Shown here in pieces: positions 1 to 8,753 of a stretch of 64,000 nt of DNA (the first letter of the stretch is position 1; every line of letters starts with the position of its first letter). A program made the position numbers and the translations under genes. The stretch is from IMG/VR virus record IMGVR_UViG_3300008267_007212; one strand, written 5' to 3'. The stretch is from a virus. Under the pieces are notes generated by a model. That model was not told the DNA's origin, made no database searches, and saw nothing but the letters and a program-made list of their open reading frames with translations.

Positions 1-201
1 CCCAGTCCAAGAACAAACAAATTCCACGACTGTATGAAACAGGCCGAATATTGGATTACCAGCGGTGATATCAATATTGACAAGTTTTGGACAAAAGGCT
101 ATAATAGAGACACTGAATGGCAACAAGCGTTCAGCGACAGCAACAACCGGCCCGCTGGGTACAGCAGAGGCTACATTTATTGGAAAAACAATGGCTCTTA
201 A
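1..201 (+). CDS. 3' end of an upstream gene cut by the window edge (possibly the C-terminus of a Zn-dependent/MDR dehydrogenase)
   Basis: Frame 1 is open from base 1 to TAA at 199-201 (PSPRTNKFHDCMKQAEYWITSGDINIDKFWTKGY...RGYIYWKNNGS*) and overlaps the ATG at 191. The product guess is weak. Confidence 0.55.
   Translation, partial: PSPRTNKFHDCMKQAEYWITSGDINIDKFWTKGYNRDTEWQQAFSDSNNRPAGYSRGYIYWKNNGS
77..105 (+). promoter_or_regulatory. sigma70-type promoter
   Basis: Perfect TTGACA (77-82), 17-nt spacer, TATAAT (100-105), upstream of ATG 191. Confidence 0.75.
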
Positions 202-709
202 TACAGATGCACGGCAACAAGTAGATTATTTTGTTGGTACAGAAGTAGAAAATACTACTATGAAGGGTGAAAAGACCTTGTTTGTAGTAGGTATTAAACC
301 CGCAGACGAAATTATCAGACTAGCAGAAGAACACAGTATTCGACACATTTATTTTGGCACTAGCCAAAGCTTTCATCCCGCCAATCCATATGATTGGGTA
401 TCGTGGGACGAAATGATTAAACCCTTGCTAATTAAAGACTATTTTGTTACACTAGACTTCGACGTACAATATTGTAAAGAAATTCACGAAGAATCGTGGT
501 GTGAATACAAAACTTTCATTCCCATGATCAGTGTTAAGATTCCTTACATTAAGTTATATAATTATCATGCCACAGTTAAAATTGATGATAACACTTGGGG
601 CGATACTAATACTGGAGTGTGGTGTCACCCACTCAATGAGTTACTAACACGCCAAGTGTATACCGACTGGAAAGACTACGTAGGTGATACTCCGGTTTTC
701 GTTAAATGA
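191..709 (+). CDS. phage hypothetical protein (start moved from 65 to ATG 191)
   Basis: ORF track. ATG 191 overlaps the end of the upstream gene, and the stop is coupled to the next gene (ATGA). Confidence 0.75.
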   Translation: MALNTDARQQVDYFVGTEVENTTMKGEKTLFVVGIKPADEIIRLAEEHSIRHIYFGTSQSFHPANPYDWVSWDEMIKPLLIKDYFVTLDFDVQYCKEIHEESWCEYKTFIPMISVKIPYIKLYNYHATVKIDDNTWGDTNTGVWCHPLNELLTRQVYTDWKDYVGDTPVFVK

Positions 710-1878
710 AGTTCGATAAACTCTGTCTTGCACCATGGGCGCATGGACTTGTGCATACTGATACAAAGCTAAGACCTTGTTGTCAGTATCCCACATCCAG
801 TAATTACAACTTTACCGAATATAAAGAATGGTGGAATAGCGGTCCGATGGTCGCATTGCGAAATGATTTGTTTAACGGTGTCGAACATAAGGGTTGTGCA
901 ACTTGTTGGAAAACAGAATCTGTAGGTAAAGAAAGTCTCAGACTGAGTTATAATAAGTTATTTAAAAAAACTATCAATTTAAAAAAAGTTGTAGAAAGTG
1001 AGAATGATAACTTTGTTCTTGATTACCTTCCCGTAACATGGGATCTAAGATTAGGAAATCTTTGTAACTTAAAATGCGTTATGTGTTCTCCTGTTTTTTC
1101 AGATAAGATAGCAGAAGAATATAAACTCAATGAAAATAAAATTCTTAAATTAAATTTAAAAAATTTTAATAATTCTGAAGACAAAGATATTGTACATAAT
1201 TGGACTGAAATTGAATCTGGTAAAGATTTTTTAAAAGAAATTCAAGCTGACGTCAAGTGGATTAAGTTTCAAGGTGGAGAGCCATTAAGTATTAAATCTA
1301 TTAGAGAGTTTTTAGAAAATTTAAATAAAGATTGCGTTGTTGATGTTTGCACTAATGGTACTATAGCCGATGATAATTTTTTAAATACTCTTAAAAAGTT
1401 TAAAAAAGTTACTGCTAGTATCAGTTTAGAATCAGTGTCCGCGGAAAATAATATCATAAGGTATGGATCCGACATTGAAAAAATTTTAAACAACATCGAA
1501 AAGTTTAAATTATTGCCCAACCTTGAAATACAACTTAATCATGTCATGCAGATTACCAGTATTTCTAATCTAGTAGATATTATTAAGTATGCTGAACAGA
1601 ATAAGTTTCATTTATCACTAATTCCATTGGAGCACCCATCTTTTTTATCACTTAACAGTTGTTCAAAAAAATTCGTAGACAAGTTAATAGACGATGTTAA
1701 CCAATTGGTTATCAGTCATCCAAAAAATCAGTATATTAAATCGTTTTTAATAAAACTTGCAGAACGACACCAATTTAGTTTACAACAAAATAAAAGTCTG
1801 TTAGAATATGCAGAATACTTAGATTCTATCAGACCGTTAAAGTTTAAACCACTAATTATATCATTTATTGAGGAATAA
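706..1878 (+). CDS. radical SAM protein with N-terminal twitch/SPASM-like domain
   Basis: CNLKCVMC (CxxxCxxC), GGEP, TNG, N-terminal CLAPW...PCC and CATCW motifs. Confidence 0.85.
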   Translation: MKFDKLCLAPWAHGLVHTDTKLRPCCQYPTSSNYNFTEYKEWWNSGPMVALRNDLFNGVEHKGCATCWKTESVGKESLRLSYNKLFKKTINLKKVVESENDNFVLDYLPVTWDLRLGNLCNLKCVMCSPVFSDKIAEEYKLNENKILKLNLKNFNNSEDKDIVHNWTEIESGKDFLKEIQADVKWIKFQGGEPLSIKSIREFLENLNKDCVVDVCTNGTIADDNFLNTLKKFKKVTASISLESVSAENNIIRYGSDIEKILNNIEKFKLLPNLEIQLNHVMQITSISNLVDIIKYAEQNKFHLSLIPLEHPSFLSLNSCSKKFVDKLIDDVNQLVISHPKNQYIKSFLIKLAERHQFSLQQNKSLLEYAEYLDSIRPLKFKPLIISFIEE

Positions 1879-1879
1879 T

Positions 1880-2323
1880 ATGAATCAAGAAAATCGTGAA
1901 CAAGCAAATTCTGTTATGAGTCATGCAGAAAGAAAGATTTGGGTAACTTTTCGCAAAGAAGGAATTCATTGTTATCCAGCGGCAGCAACTGATCCCATGC
2001 TAGCAACCGGAGACGAATATGATGTAAGTTTTCTGGGCTCTCCCCATCGACATATATTTCATTTCAAAGTTTGGATTGATGTGCTACATAATGATCGGGA
2101 CATAGAATTCATTCAATTTAAACGATGGTTAGAAAATCTTTACAAAGACGGAACTCTTAAACTTGATTACAAGTCCTGTGAAATGATGTCCGATGATCTT
2201 TATATTCAAATTACTGCAAAGCATCCAGGGAGAGCAGTCTGGATTGAAGTCTCCGAAGACGGTGAAAACGGAGCCCTCATCAAATACGAAACTCACCAAC
2301 CCATTCAACGTATTAAAATTTAA
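1880..2323 (+). CDS. QueD-paralogous T-fold protein, DpdL-like (putative CDG decarboxylase)
   Basis: LGSPHRHIF matches the LxxxHRHxF signature I recall for DpdL. Also DRDIEF and SCEM motifs, SD GAGGA, and folE/queD/queE nearby. Confidence 0.65.
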   Translation: MNQENREQANSVMSHAERKIWVTFRKEGIHCYPAAATDPMLATGDEYDVSFLGSPHRHIFHFKVWIDVLHNDRDIEFIQFKRWLENLYKDGTLKLDYKSCEMMSDDLYIQITAKHPGRAVWIEVSEDGENGALIKYETHQPIQRIKI

Positions 2324-2334
2324 GGAAAGTTATA

Positions 2335-2544
2335 ATGGCGCAGCCTAAATACATCGAAAAATATCTTCGCATGAAACCAGAAGTTGATAGAATTTTTGCC
2401 GATCTCGATGGTTATCGAGATTATTGCAGGTTTAATATGTTAAAATTTGACGAGAAGGATTTGTATAAATCTGAACAATATCGCAAATTTGAAAAACATC
2501 GTAACTGGCAAAATAGACAGCTCGACAGACAACTTGATGCTTAA
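2335..2544 (+). CDS. hypothetical protein
   Basis: ORF with SD AAGGA, packed in the operon. Confidence 0.7.
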   Translation: MAQPKYIEKYLRMKPEVDRIFADLDGYRDYCRFNMLKFDEKDLYKSEQYRKFEKHRNWQNRQLDRQLDA

Positions 2545-2546
2545 CG

Positions 2547-3641
2547 ATGTCAAACGTATTTCTAATAGACTTAGAATCTGTTGAAACTAGGTACACTGCT
2601 CAATGGAAAAAGCATGTACCTTCTCTTTTACGAAAGGCAGGACACAATGTTCAAGTTATTTCTGGCCCTACGGATATCCCTAGTGCAACCACTCCTGGTG
2701 CTTTTCTTAACTTTGGTGGGACTAATATCTATAAGTCTAGTCAAGTTGAACAAATTGGTCGACTATTTTGTGCTGGACGCATTCAAGCTGGCGACCATTT
2801 TCTTTTTACTGATGCTTGGCATCCGGGCATTATAAATCTAAAGTACATGAGTGAGCTGTTGAACATTCCAGTAGTTACACACGGACTATGGCATGCTGGA
2901 TCGTATGATCCTCAAGACTTCCTCGGACGTCTTGTTGGTGCTAAAAGATGGGTCAGACATGCTGAGAAGAGTTTCTTCTACGCATTCGATCACAACTACT
3001 TTGCCACAGACTTTCATGTAAAATTATTCTTTGACGAATTACTAGAAGATGGCTGGCCTACAGAAAATCCATGGTATGAAGAAGACTTTGCTGAACGCTA
3101 CGACAGTGGAAAGATTGTACGCTCAGGCTGGCCCATGGAATATATGGTTGATGTTCTGGAAAACTATAATACTAATCCCAAGCGTGATCTTATTGTGTTC
3201 CCGCATCGCATTGCACCTGAGAAACAAGTCGAGATCTTTCGTGACTTGGCTAAACAATTACCCCAGTATGAGTTTGTTGTCTGCCAGGATCAGCAATTAA
3301 GCAAACATGAATATCACAAGTTGTTAGGCCGTGCTAAGATTGTGTTTAGTTGCAGTCTTCAGGAAACTTTAGGTATAGGTTGTTACGAAGGTGCGCTAGT
3401 GGATGCCATTCCAATGGTGCCCGACAGGTTAAGCTATAAAGAAATGTATCCCGATATTTTTAAATATCCGTCGCACTGGACTGAAAGTTGGGATCAATAT
3501 ATCACTAATCGGTCTAATCTGTGTTTTGCTATTATGCAACATATGGATCATTATGAAAATCGATTGCCACAATTAAAAGTCTTGTCAAAGCATCTAACTG
3601 ATAATTTTTTTAGTGCAAATGAACTCCTTAAACGCATTTGA
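2547..3641 (+). CDS. GT-B (GT4-like) glycosyltransferase
   Basis: FPHRIAPEKQ and SLQETLGIGCYEG (ExxGxxxxE) motifs. Confidence 0.75.
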   Translation: MSNVFLIDLESVETRYTAQWKKHVPSLLRKAGHNVQVISGPTDIPSATTPGAFLNFGGTNIYKSSQVEQIGRLFCAGRIQAGDHFLFTDAWHPGIINLKYMSELLNIPVVTHGLWHAGSYDPQDFLGRLVGAKRWVRHAEKSFFYAFDHNYFATDFHVKLFFDELLEDGWPTENPWYEEDFAERYDSGKIVRSGWPMEYMVDVLENYNTNPKRDLIVFPHRIAPEKQVEIFRDLAKQLPQYEFVVCQDQQLSKHEYHKLLGRAKIVFSCSLQETLGIGCYEGALVDAIPMVPDRLSYKEMYPDIFKYPSHWTESWDQYITNRSNLCFAIMQHMDHYENRLPQLKVLSKHLTDNFFSANELLKRI

Positions 3642-4230
3642 TAGAATTTATCAATTTGAACAAGAATTAGCTGAGTTCACTGGAGCTCCGTACGCAATCA
3701 TGACTGATTGCTGCACCCACGCCATTGAGTTATGTTTACGGTATGACAAAGTAAAGACAGTTAGTTTTACGCCTTATACCTACATTAGTATACCCATGCT
3801 GATGCATAAACTTGGCATTAATTACACATACTTAAATCACGAATGGCAGCAGTGGGTCGGGGAATATCCTTTCATTAATACTAGAGTTTGGGATAGTGCC
3901 AGACGTCTCGAGGAAGGAATGTATCGTCCCGGAATGATGCAGTGTTTAAGCTTTGGTCATGACAAACCATTGCATATTGGCCGCGGCGGAGCTATTCTGT
4001 TAGATGACAAAGCTGCATATGATTCTATTATTTTAATGCGCTATGACGGCAGGGACCTAAATAATAGACCATGGACTACTCAAAAAGAGTTCAAGGTCGG
4101 CTATCACTACAAGCCAACTCCCGAAGAAGCAGAATGGGGATTGGCATTAATGAAGGGAATAAGAGTTGACAAACCTGTCCCTAAACATGTAGAATATGCT
4201 GATCTAAGGCAATTTACTATTACGGATTAA
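3619..4230 (+). CDS. shortened DegT/DnrJ/EryC1-family PLP-dependent protein
   Basis: FEQELAEFTGAPYA..DCCTHAIEL, WDSA, CLSFGHDKPL (PLP lysine), GGAIL; only ~203 aa. Confidence 0.7.
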   Translation: MNSLNAFDRIYQFEQELAEFTGAPYAIMTDCCTHAIELCLRYDKVKTVSFTPYTYISIPMLMHKLGINYTYLNHEWQQWVGEYPFINTRVWDSARRLEEGMYRPGMMQCLSFGHDKPLHIGRGGAILLDDKAAYDSIILMRYDGRDLNNRPWTTQKEFKVGYHYKPTPEEAEWGLALMKGIRVDKPVPKHVEYADLRQFTITD

Positions 4231-4231
4231 T

Positions 4232-4978
4232 ATGACACAAAAAGAAACAGGTTTAGATGCTATGGCAGGTGATGGCGGTTATCGAGAAGAAAAATATCTA
4301 GGTAACTATCTTCGAGCTAAAATGAAGCGAGACGGAAAACGATTCTGGGCCGGTGATAACATTAGTGACTATCTGCACGACAGCGACAAAGAGCACTTAA
4401 TTAACGAAGCAACAGAAGCTTTTGAACTAGTATTGGATCGGTTACTTATCGACCGTGAAACTGATCCTAATAGCAAAGGCACAGCAAGGCGACTTGCAAA
4501 AATGTATTTTAATGAAATAATGGCAGGCCGATATGAATCGCCTCCAGATTGTACAGCATTTCCAAATGACAGTGAGGATAGATATGAAGGCATGTTGGTT
4601 GTTCGTAGTGAGTTGCGTAGTATGTGTAGTCATCATCACCAACCCGTTGCTGGCGTTGCTTATATTGGCATTATTGCCGCTGAGAAACTTATTGGCTTAT
4701 CGAAGTACACACGTATCGCGCAGTGGTGTGCAAGACGAGGTACTCTCCAGGAGGAACTTTGTAATGATATTGCTAGGGAAATTCAAAAGGCCACGGGTGC
4801 AAAAGATGTAGGTGTTTACATACAAGCAACTCATGGTTGTTGCGAAAATCGTGGCATCATGGCACATAGCTCGCTGACTCAGACTACTGTGCTCAAAGGT
4901 GCTTTTAAGGACGATCCTGGCACTAAGAAAGAGTTTTTCGACAATATTAAACTACAACAGGACTTTGCACCCCGATAA
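4232..4978 (+). CDS. folE: GTP cyclohydrolase I
   Basis: TARRLAKMY, SMCSHHHQP, GLSKYTR, LQEEL, HGCCENRG. Confidence 0.95.
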   Translation: MTQKETGLDAMAGDGGYREEKYLGNYLRAKMKRDGKRFWAGDNISDYLHDSDKEHLINEATEAFELVLDRLLIDRETDPNSKGTARRLAKMYFNEIMAGRYESPPDCTAFPNDSEDRYEGMLVVRSELRSMCSHHHQPVAGVAYIGIIAAEKLIGLSKYTRIAQWCARRGTLQEELCNDIAREIQKATGAKDVGVYIQATHGCCENRGIMAHSSLTQTTVLKGAFKDDPGTKKEFFDNIKLQQDFAPR

Positions 4979-4995
4979 TTTTTAATAGTAAACAA

Positions 4996-5003
4996 GATAA
5001 ATA
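4996..5003 (+). promoter_or_regulatory. T4-like late promoter motif GATAAATA
   Basis: Intergenic, 21 nt before ATG 5025. Confidence 0.45.
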
Positions 5004-5024
5004 TCAGATATAAAGGTGATTGAT

Positions 5025-5366
5025 ATGCAATTTGAATGGAAAGTATTAACTGATGTTAGGGCAGAAAATGGTATTGTGCAGTCTGCGTTGTATGGCTGTT
5101 TTTGCAGGGACGGACAGTTTATGAAAGAGTCACTGAACACCATGACTTTTACACACGATCCAGCTAATTCAGTGCCCTACGATCAAGTAACTAGAGAACT
5201 AATTCTGGAATGGATCTTGGCTAACTTAGGCTCTGCAGAAGTAACTCGTGTGCAAAATTATGTGTCAGATCTAATTACTGCCGAACAAACTTTACATGCA
5301 GAACAATTGGCAGCTCGACAAGCAGCAGAGTCAGTGCCCGCTGAAGATCAAACTACCCAAGAATAA
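5025..5366 (+). CDS. hypothetical protein resembling tail-fibre-associated small proteins
   Basis: ORF with SD AAAGGTG and VPYDQVTRELILEW motif. Confidence 0.6.
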   Translation: MQFEWKVLTDVRAENGIVQSALYGCFCRDGQFMKESLNTMTFTHDPANSVPYDQVTRELILEWILANLGSAEVTRVQNYVSDLITAEQTLHAEQLAARQAAESVPAEDQTTQE

Positions 5367-5401
5367 AGTTATTTCAACTTTAACATCTGTCTTATCAAAA
5401 T

Positions 5402-5430
5402 TTGAGGATATCTAGCCTCAATTGAATTTT
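5402..5430 (+). terminator. possible intrinsic terminator or stabilising hairpin
   Basis: TTGAGG-N8-CCTCAA followed by TTGAATTTT, intergenic. Confidence 0.35.
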
Positions 5431-5448
5431 AATCAAAGGAACCTAATC

Positions 5449-5658
5449 ATGGCAACAAAAACAGTGAGCAAACTCGGCGATAAATTAACAAAAGTAAATG
5501 AATCATTTACAATTAATATGTATGACAATGGATTCATGGTAGAAGTTGGTGGACGCAATAAAAAAGGCGACTATGTCAATGCTAAAATTTTATGTAACAC
5601 ATTAGATGAAATGCTGGCATTGGTCAAAGAAGCTGGTGAAATGGACAGGGATAGTTAA
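5449..5658 (+). CDS. hypothetical protein
   Basis: ORF; SD AAAGGA before ATG 5449. Confidence 0.75.
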   Translation: MATKTVSKLGDKLTKVNESFTINMYDNGFMVEVGGRNKKGDYVNAKILCNTLDEMLALVKEAGEMDRDS

Positions 5659-5660
5659 TC

Positions 5661-6080
5661 ATGGCTGTTTGGAAAATCACTAACTTACATAAAAAGAATG
5701 CCGTCGAGCGTCAATTCTGGACTAAGGATGGTATCACTGTAACCAAAGACGAAGGGTTTCGATGGGGAACTTGGACCTGCGACAGCGACGAGCGTCCTGA
5801 CATTGACTTAACTAATCCAGAAGGGTACGATGTACTTTGTACAGATTACGATTGGGAAATGGAAGACATGAATGATGGTTGTTGGGTAGAATGGACATTT
5901 CCCGATGACATGGATGAAGAAGAACAAGAACGTATTCAGGCTCTATGGGACGAAGATTGGTACGAAGGCATGGAAAGCGATGGGTGGACTAACGATGACT
6001 CTGAACACTGGATTTATGGTCCTATCCAATTAACAAATGTAGACACAGGCGAAGAATTTTCCGGAGAAAAAGATGACTAA
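5661..6080 (+). CDS. acidic hypothetical protein
   Basis: ORF, D/E/W-rich. Confidence 0.75.
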   Translation: MAVWKITNLHKKNAVERQFWTKDGITVTKDEGFRWGTWTCDSDERPDIDLTNPEGYDVLCTDYDWEMEDMNDGCWVEWTFPDDMDEEEQERIQALWDEDWYEGMESDGWTNDDSEHWIYGPIQLTNVDTGEEFSGEKDD

Positions 6081-6354
6081 CTGGTTAAGAAAAAAACTTA
6101 AAAACTTTTTATATCCCGATAATGAAGCAGAATTAGTTCCTTCTAGACTGTCAGTAACCAGTGGCGATGACATTCAGGAAGATAACACTCTAAGATTCAC
6201 TGTAACTCCTGCCAGAGGAGGAATCATTGTATCTGTTCGAAATTATAATAGAAAAAGAGACACTTCGGAAAATACTGTTCACGTTATTCACGACGATGAA
6301 GATGTTGCAAAGCATGTGTCCGAAATTGTCAGTCTGAGTCTGTTACGTAATTGA
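6073..6354 (+). CDS. hypothetical protein
   Basis: ORF, SD GGAG. Confidence 0.7.
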   Translation: MTNWLRKKLKNFLYPDNEAELVPSRLSVTSGDDIQEDNTLRFTVTPARGGIIVSVRNYNRKRDTSENTVHVIHDDEDVAKHVSEIVSLSLLRN

Positions 6355-6379
6355 CAATAATTAAAATATTCAGTAAAAT
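6351..6379 (+). promoter_or_regulatory. sigma70-type promoter
   Basis: TTGACA-17-TAAAAT. Confidence 0.7.
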
Positions 6380-6410
6380 ATCACAGTAATGTTTTATTGA
6401 AGGATGCATC

Positions 6411-6860
6411 ATGCTACTTAAATTACTTGAACGTTTTGACCGAAAACGTATTGTAATGGATCGTGTTAACGACGAACCATATCTAGAACGATACTATTTG
6501 TTTCTTAAAGACCGAAAGCGTTTTCCTTTCAATGTATTTTTGCATAAATTTCTAAAGTCAGACCCTGATGATGTTCATGATCACCCTTGGCCTTACTTCA
6601 CTTTGATTCTTCGCGGTGGATATTGGGAATGGATTCCTCAGTTTAATTCAAAAGGCGAAAAAGTTGGAGAGCTGTCTGTATGGCGAGGACCAGGTCATTT
6701 CAGAATTTGTAAAGCAACTAGTTATCACAGAATCGAACTTGACCCAACTGTAACTTGCTGGACTTTATTTTGCCCGGGCCCACAACAAAAAGACTGGGGC
6801 TTTCTGAGCAAAGGTCAATGGGTGCAGTGGGAACAATACTTAGCCAGTAGAGCAAAATGA
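6411..6860 (+). CDS. cupin (RmlC-like) fold protein
   Basis: DVHDHPW...LRGGYWE...YHRIEL cupin metal-binding pattern. Confidence 0.65.
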   Translation: MLLKLLERFDRKRIVMDRVNDEPYLERYYLFLKDRKRFPFNVFLHKFLKSDPDDVHDHPWPYFTLILRGGYWEWIPQFNSKGEKVGELSVWRGPGHFRICKATSYHRIELDPTVTCWTLFCPGPQQKDWGFLSKGQWVQWEQYLASRAK

Positions 6861-7195
6861 TAGCATTACCTCCAGGTTGCACTGTAGTATATCCTATATG
6901 GATAGACATCAATAGTTTAACTAAAAATATAATTGATTGGTACGAACAAATTGGTGGTCGACAAAAAGTTGATACATATTGGAATCATCGCGGGCATGAA
7001 CATTCTAATGTATATGTAGCATACGGTCGTGGCAAATGGTGCCATCATCATCAAAACGGCGAAGGCGGCACCAGGTTGCATTTTAACGGAGAAGATGCTA
7101 GTATTGCATCTATGTTTATTATAAAATTTTTAGACAGCGTAATTAATCACAATCTTAAAGAACACATGGAAAGAATAGAAAATGAATATTACTAA
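6857..7195 (+). CDS. hypothetical protein (FxLKW-like family)
   Basis: ORF, ATGA coupling, HFNGEDASIASMFIIKF. Confidence 0.7.
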   Translation: MIALPPGCTVVYPIWIDINSLTKNIIDWYEQIGGRQKVDTYWNHRGHEHSNVYVAYGRGKWCHHHQNGEGGTRLHFNGEDASIASMFIIKFLDSVINHNLKEHMERIENEYY

Positions 7196-7703
7196 TAAAG
7201 AATATCAAGGTCTTGTTGCAAAGATTTGTAGAGATATTGCTAACAGTGGTTGGCGCCCAGATTACATTGTGGGCATGGTACAAGGTGGTATTGTACCGGC
7301 TGTAATGATTGGTAATTATTTTAATATTCCAGTGAACACTTTAAGCAAAAAAGAAAGTAACTTGTGGATGGCCGAGGATGCATTCGGTTACGTGACAGCA
7401 ACGACTACTCCGAGACCCACTGATGCAATTACCACAGATCCCAGTACACGCAAAAACATTTTGATTGTCAATGATATTAATGATACAGGCAGGACAATTA
7501 ATAATTTGATGGAAGACTGGCGTTCTGGATGTTTACCCAGCGACCCAGCCTGGAAAGACATTTGGAACAACAATGTTAAGTTTGCGGTGATTTATGATAA
7601 TGTCAGTAGCAAATCAAAAGTTACCGTAGATTTCTGCGGAGAAGAAATCTCTAAGAGCAAAAAAGAACGTATGGTATTTCCTTACGAGAATTGGTGGAGA
7701 TAA
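7182..7703 (+). CDS. type I phosphoribosyltransferase (Gpt/Hpt-like) with variant PRPP loop
   Basis: PDYIVGMVQGGIVPA, ILIVNDINDTGRT, VFPYE. Confidence 0.8.
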   Translation: MNITNKEYQGLVAKICRDIANSGWRPDYIVGMVQGGIVPAVMIGNYFNIPVNTLSKKESNLWMAEDAFGYVTATTTPRPTDAITTDPSTRKNILIVNDINDTGRTINNLMEDWRSGCLPSDPAWKDIWNNNVKFAVIYDNVSSKSKVTVDFCGEEISKSKKERMVFPYENWWR

Positions 7704-7706
7704 ATA
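7699..7706 (+). promoter_or_regulatory. T4-like late promoter motif GATAAATA
   Basis: 7 nt upstream of the structured queD leader. Confidence 0.5.
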
Positions 7707-7713
7707 CTTGCTC

Positions 7714-7783
7714 AGAGGACTTTAGGCATTCATCCCTCTATAAAAATTCTGCATGCCATCAAACTTGCTACCTAATAAAGGAG
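7714..7783 (+). ncRNA. candidate preQ1-class-I-like riboswitch (H-type pseudoknot) in the queD 5' UTR
   Basis: P1 AGAGG(7714-18)/CCTCT(7735-39) followed by A-rich ATAAAAA; loop GGCAT pairs with ATGCC (7753-57); directly upstream of queD. Confidence 0.6.
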
Positions 7784-7790
7784 ACTAGAG

Positions 7791-8297
7791 ATGGCAAATC
7801 TACAACCCGTACTTTACAAGTACACATCAACAAAAGAATATCACGACGCTTTTCCTTGTGCTTACAGACAATGGCGTGCGGATAGTCACTGTAATTTAAT
7901 TCACGGTTACAGTTTTTCAATGAAGTTTTATTTTGGCACCGACGATTTAGATGTCCGTAACTGGGCAGCGGACTACGGTGGATTAAAAGAACTTAAAAAG
8001 ACATTAGAAGATCAATTTGATCATACGCTTATCGTAGCACAAGATGACCCAGACATGGAGACATTTAAATTGTTACAGGAAAAGAATATGGCTAAGATTG
8101 TTGTATTACCCAAGCTAGGCTGTGAGGGACTTAGTGACATGCTCTACAAGTATGTCAATGGCGTTTATATCCCAGAGATGTGGGGACCAGGCGAAGCTGC
8201 ACGTTTGTGGTGCTATCGTGTTGAAGTTCGCGAAACACAAAGCAACATGGCGTATCGCGAAGGCCACCGTGAATGGAACGAAGACCTATTTGCATAA
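7791..8297 (+). CDS. queD: 6-carboxy-5,6,7,8-tetrahydropterin synthase
   Basis: HCNLIHGY (CxxxHG), DYGGLK, FDHTL, GCEGL, VRET; SD AAGGAG. Confidence 0.88.
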   Translation: MANLQPVLYKYTSTKEYHDAFPCAYRQWRADSHCNLIHGYSFSMKFYFGTDDLDVRNWAADYGGLKELKKTLEDQFDHTLIVAQDDPDMETFKLLQEKNMAKIVVLPKLGCEGLSDMLYKYVNGVYIPEMWGPGEAARLWCYRVEVRETQSNMAYREGHREWNEDLFA

Positions 8298-8464
8298 TCA
8301 AATTGAAAGAGTTATGGAGACTATGGGCTAAAGCCCTGGGCGAAAAAGCAGGTAGTACAGATCATGAAGCGGATCGTATTGCTTGCATTCGTACCGCAAT
8401 TGTGCTATCATATATTATAACAAACTGCTTTATTGTAGCAGGTGTAATTCGACATTGGAACTAG
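8273..8464 (+). CDS. small putative membrane protein (start uncertain)
   Basis: LWAKALGEKA...hydrophobic C-terminus. Confidence 0.6.
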   Translation: MERRPICIIKLKELWRLWAKALGEKAGSTDHEADRIACIRTAIVLSYIITNCFIVAGVIRHWN

Positions 8465-8465
8465 T

Positions 8466-8753
8466 ATGTTTAAATTAAATCCCGGTAGTCACGAAGAAGC
8501 TTTGGGAATTCTTCAAGAAGAATGTGCGGAAGTGATAGTCGAGGTCAGCAAAATTAGAAGATTTGGCATTGACAGTGTTCATTATAAAACTGGATATAAA
8601 CATGCTGAAATGTTAGAAATGGAAATCGGCGATGTGTTAGCTATGATAGATATTCTAATAGAACAGCAGATTATTAAACGAGAAAATTTAGAGTCGGCAA
8701 AAAATGCCAAAAAAGAAAAACTCAAAAAATGGTCAACTTTATATGTTAGCTGA
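8466..8753 (+). CDS. MazG-like all-alpha NTP pyrophosphohydrolase
   Basis: LQEECAEV...EMEIGDV (EExxE...ExxD). Confidence 0.75.
   Translation: MFKLNPGSHEEALGILQEECAEVIVEVSKIRRFGIDSVHYKTGYKHAEMLEMEIGDVLAMIDILIEQQIIKRENLESAKNAKKEKLKKWSTLYVS

Noticed and set aside
65-190. N-terminal extension of the first ORF from GTG 65
   Set aside because: It overlaps the 3' end of an upstream gene in frame 1 and a perfect sigma70 promoter; ATG 191 is the better start
7691-7885. 64-aa ORF spanning the queD leader (possible leader peptide)
   Set aside because: TTG start inside the PRTase gene, upstream of the late motif, no SD, out-of-frame overlap with queD; the RNA structure explains the region better
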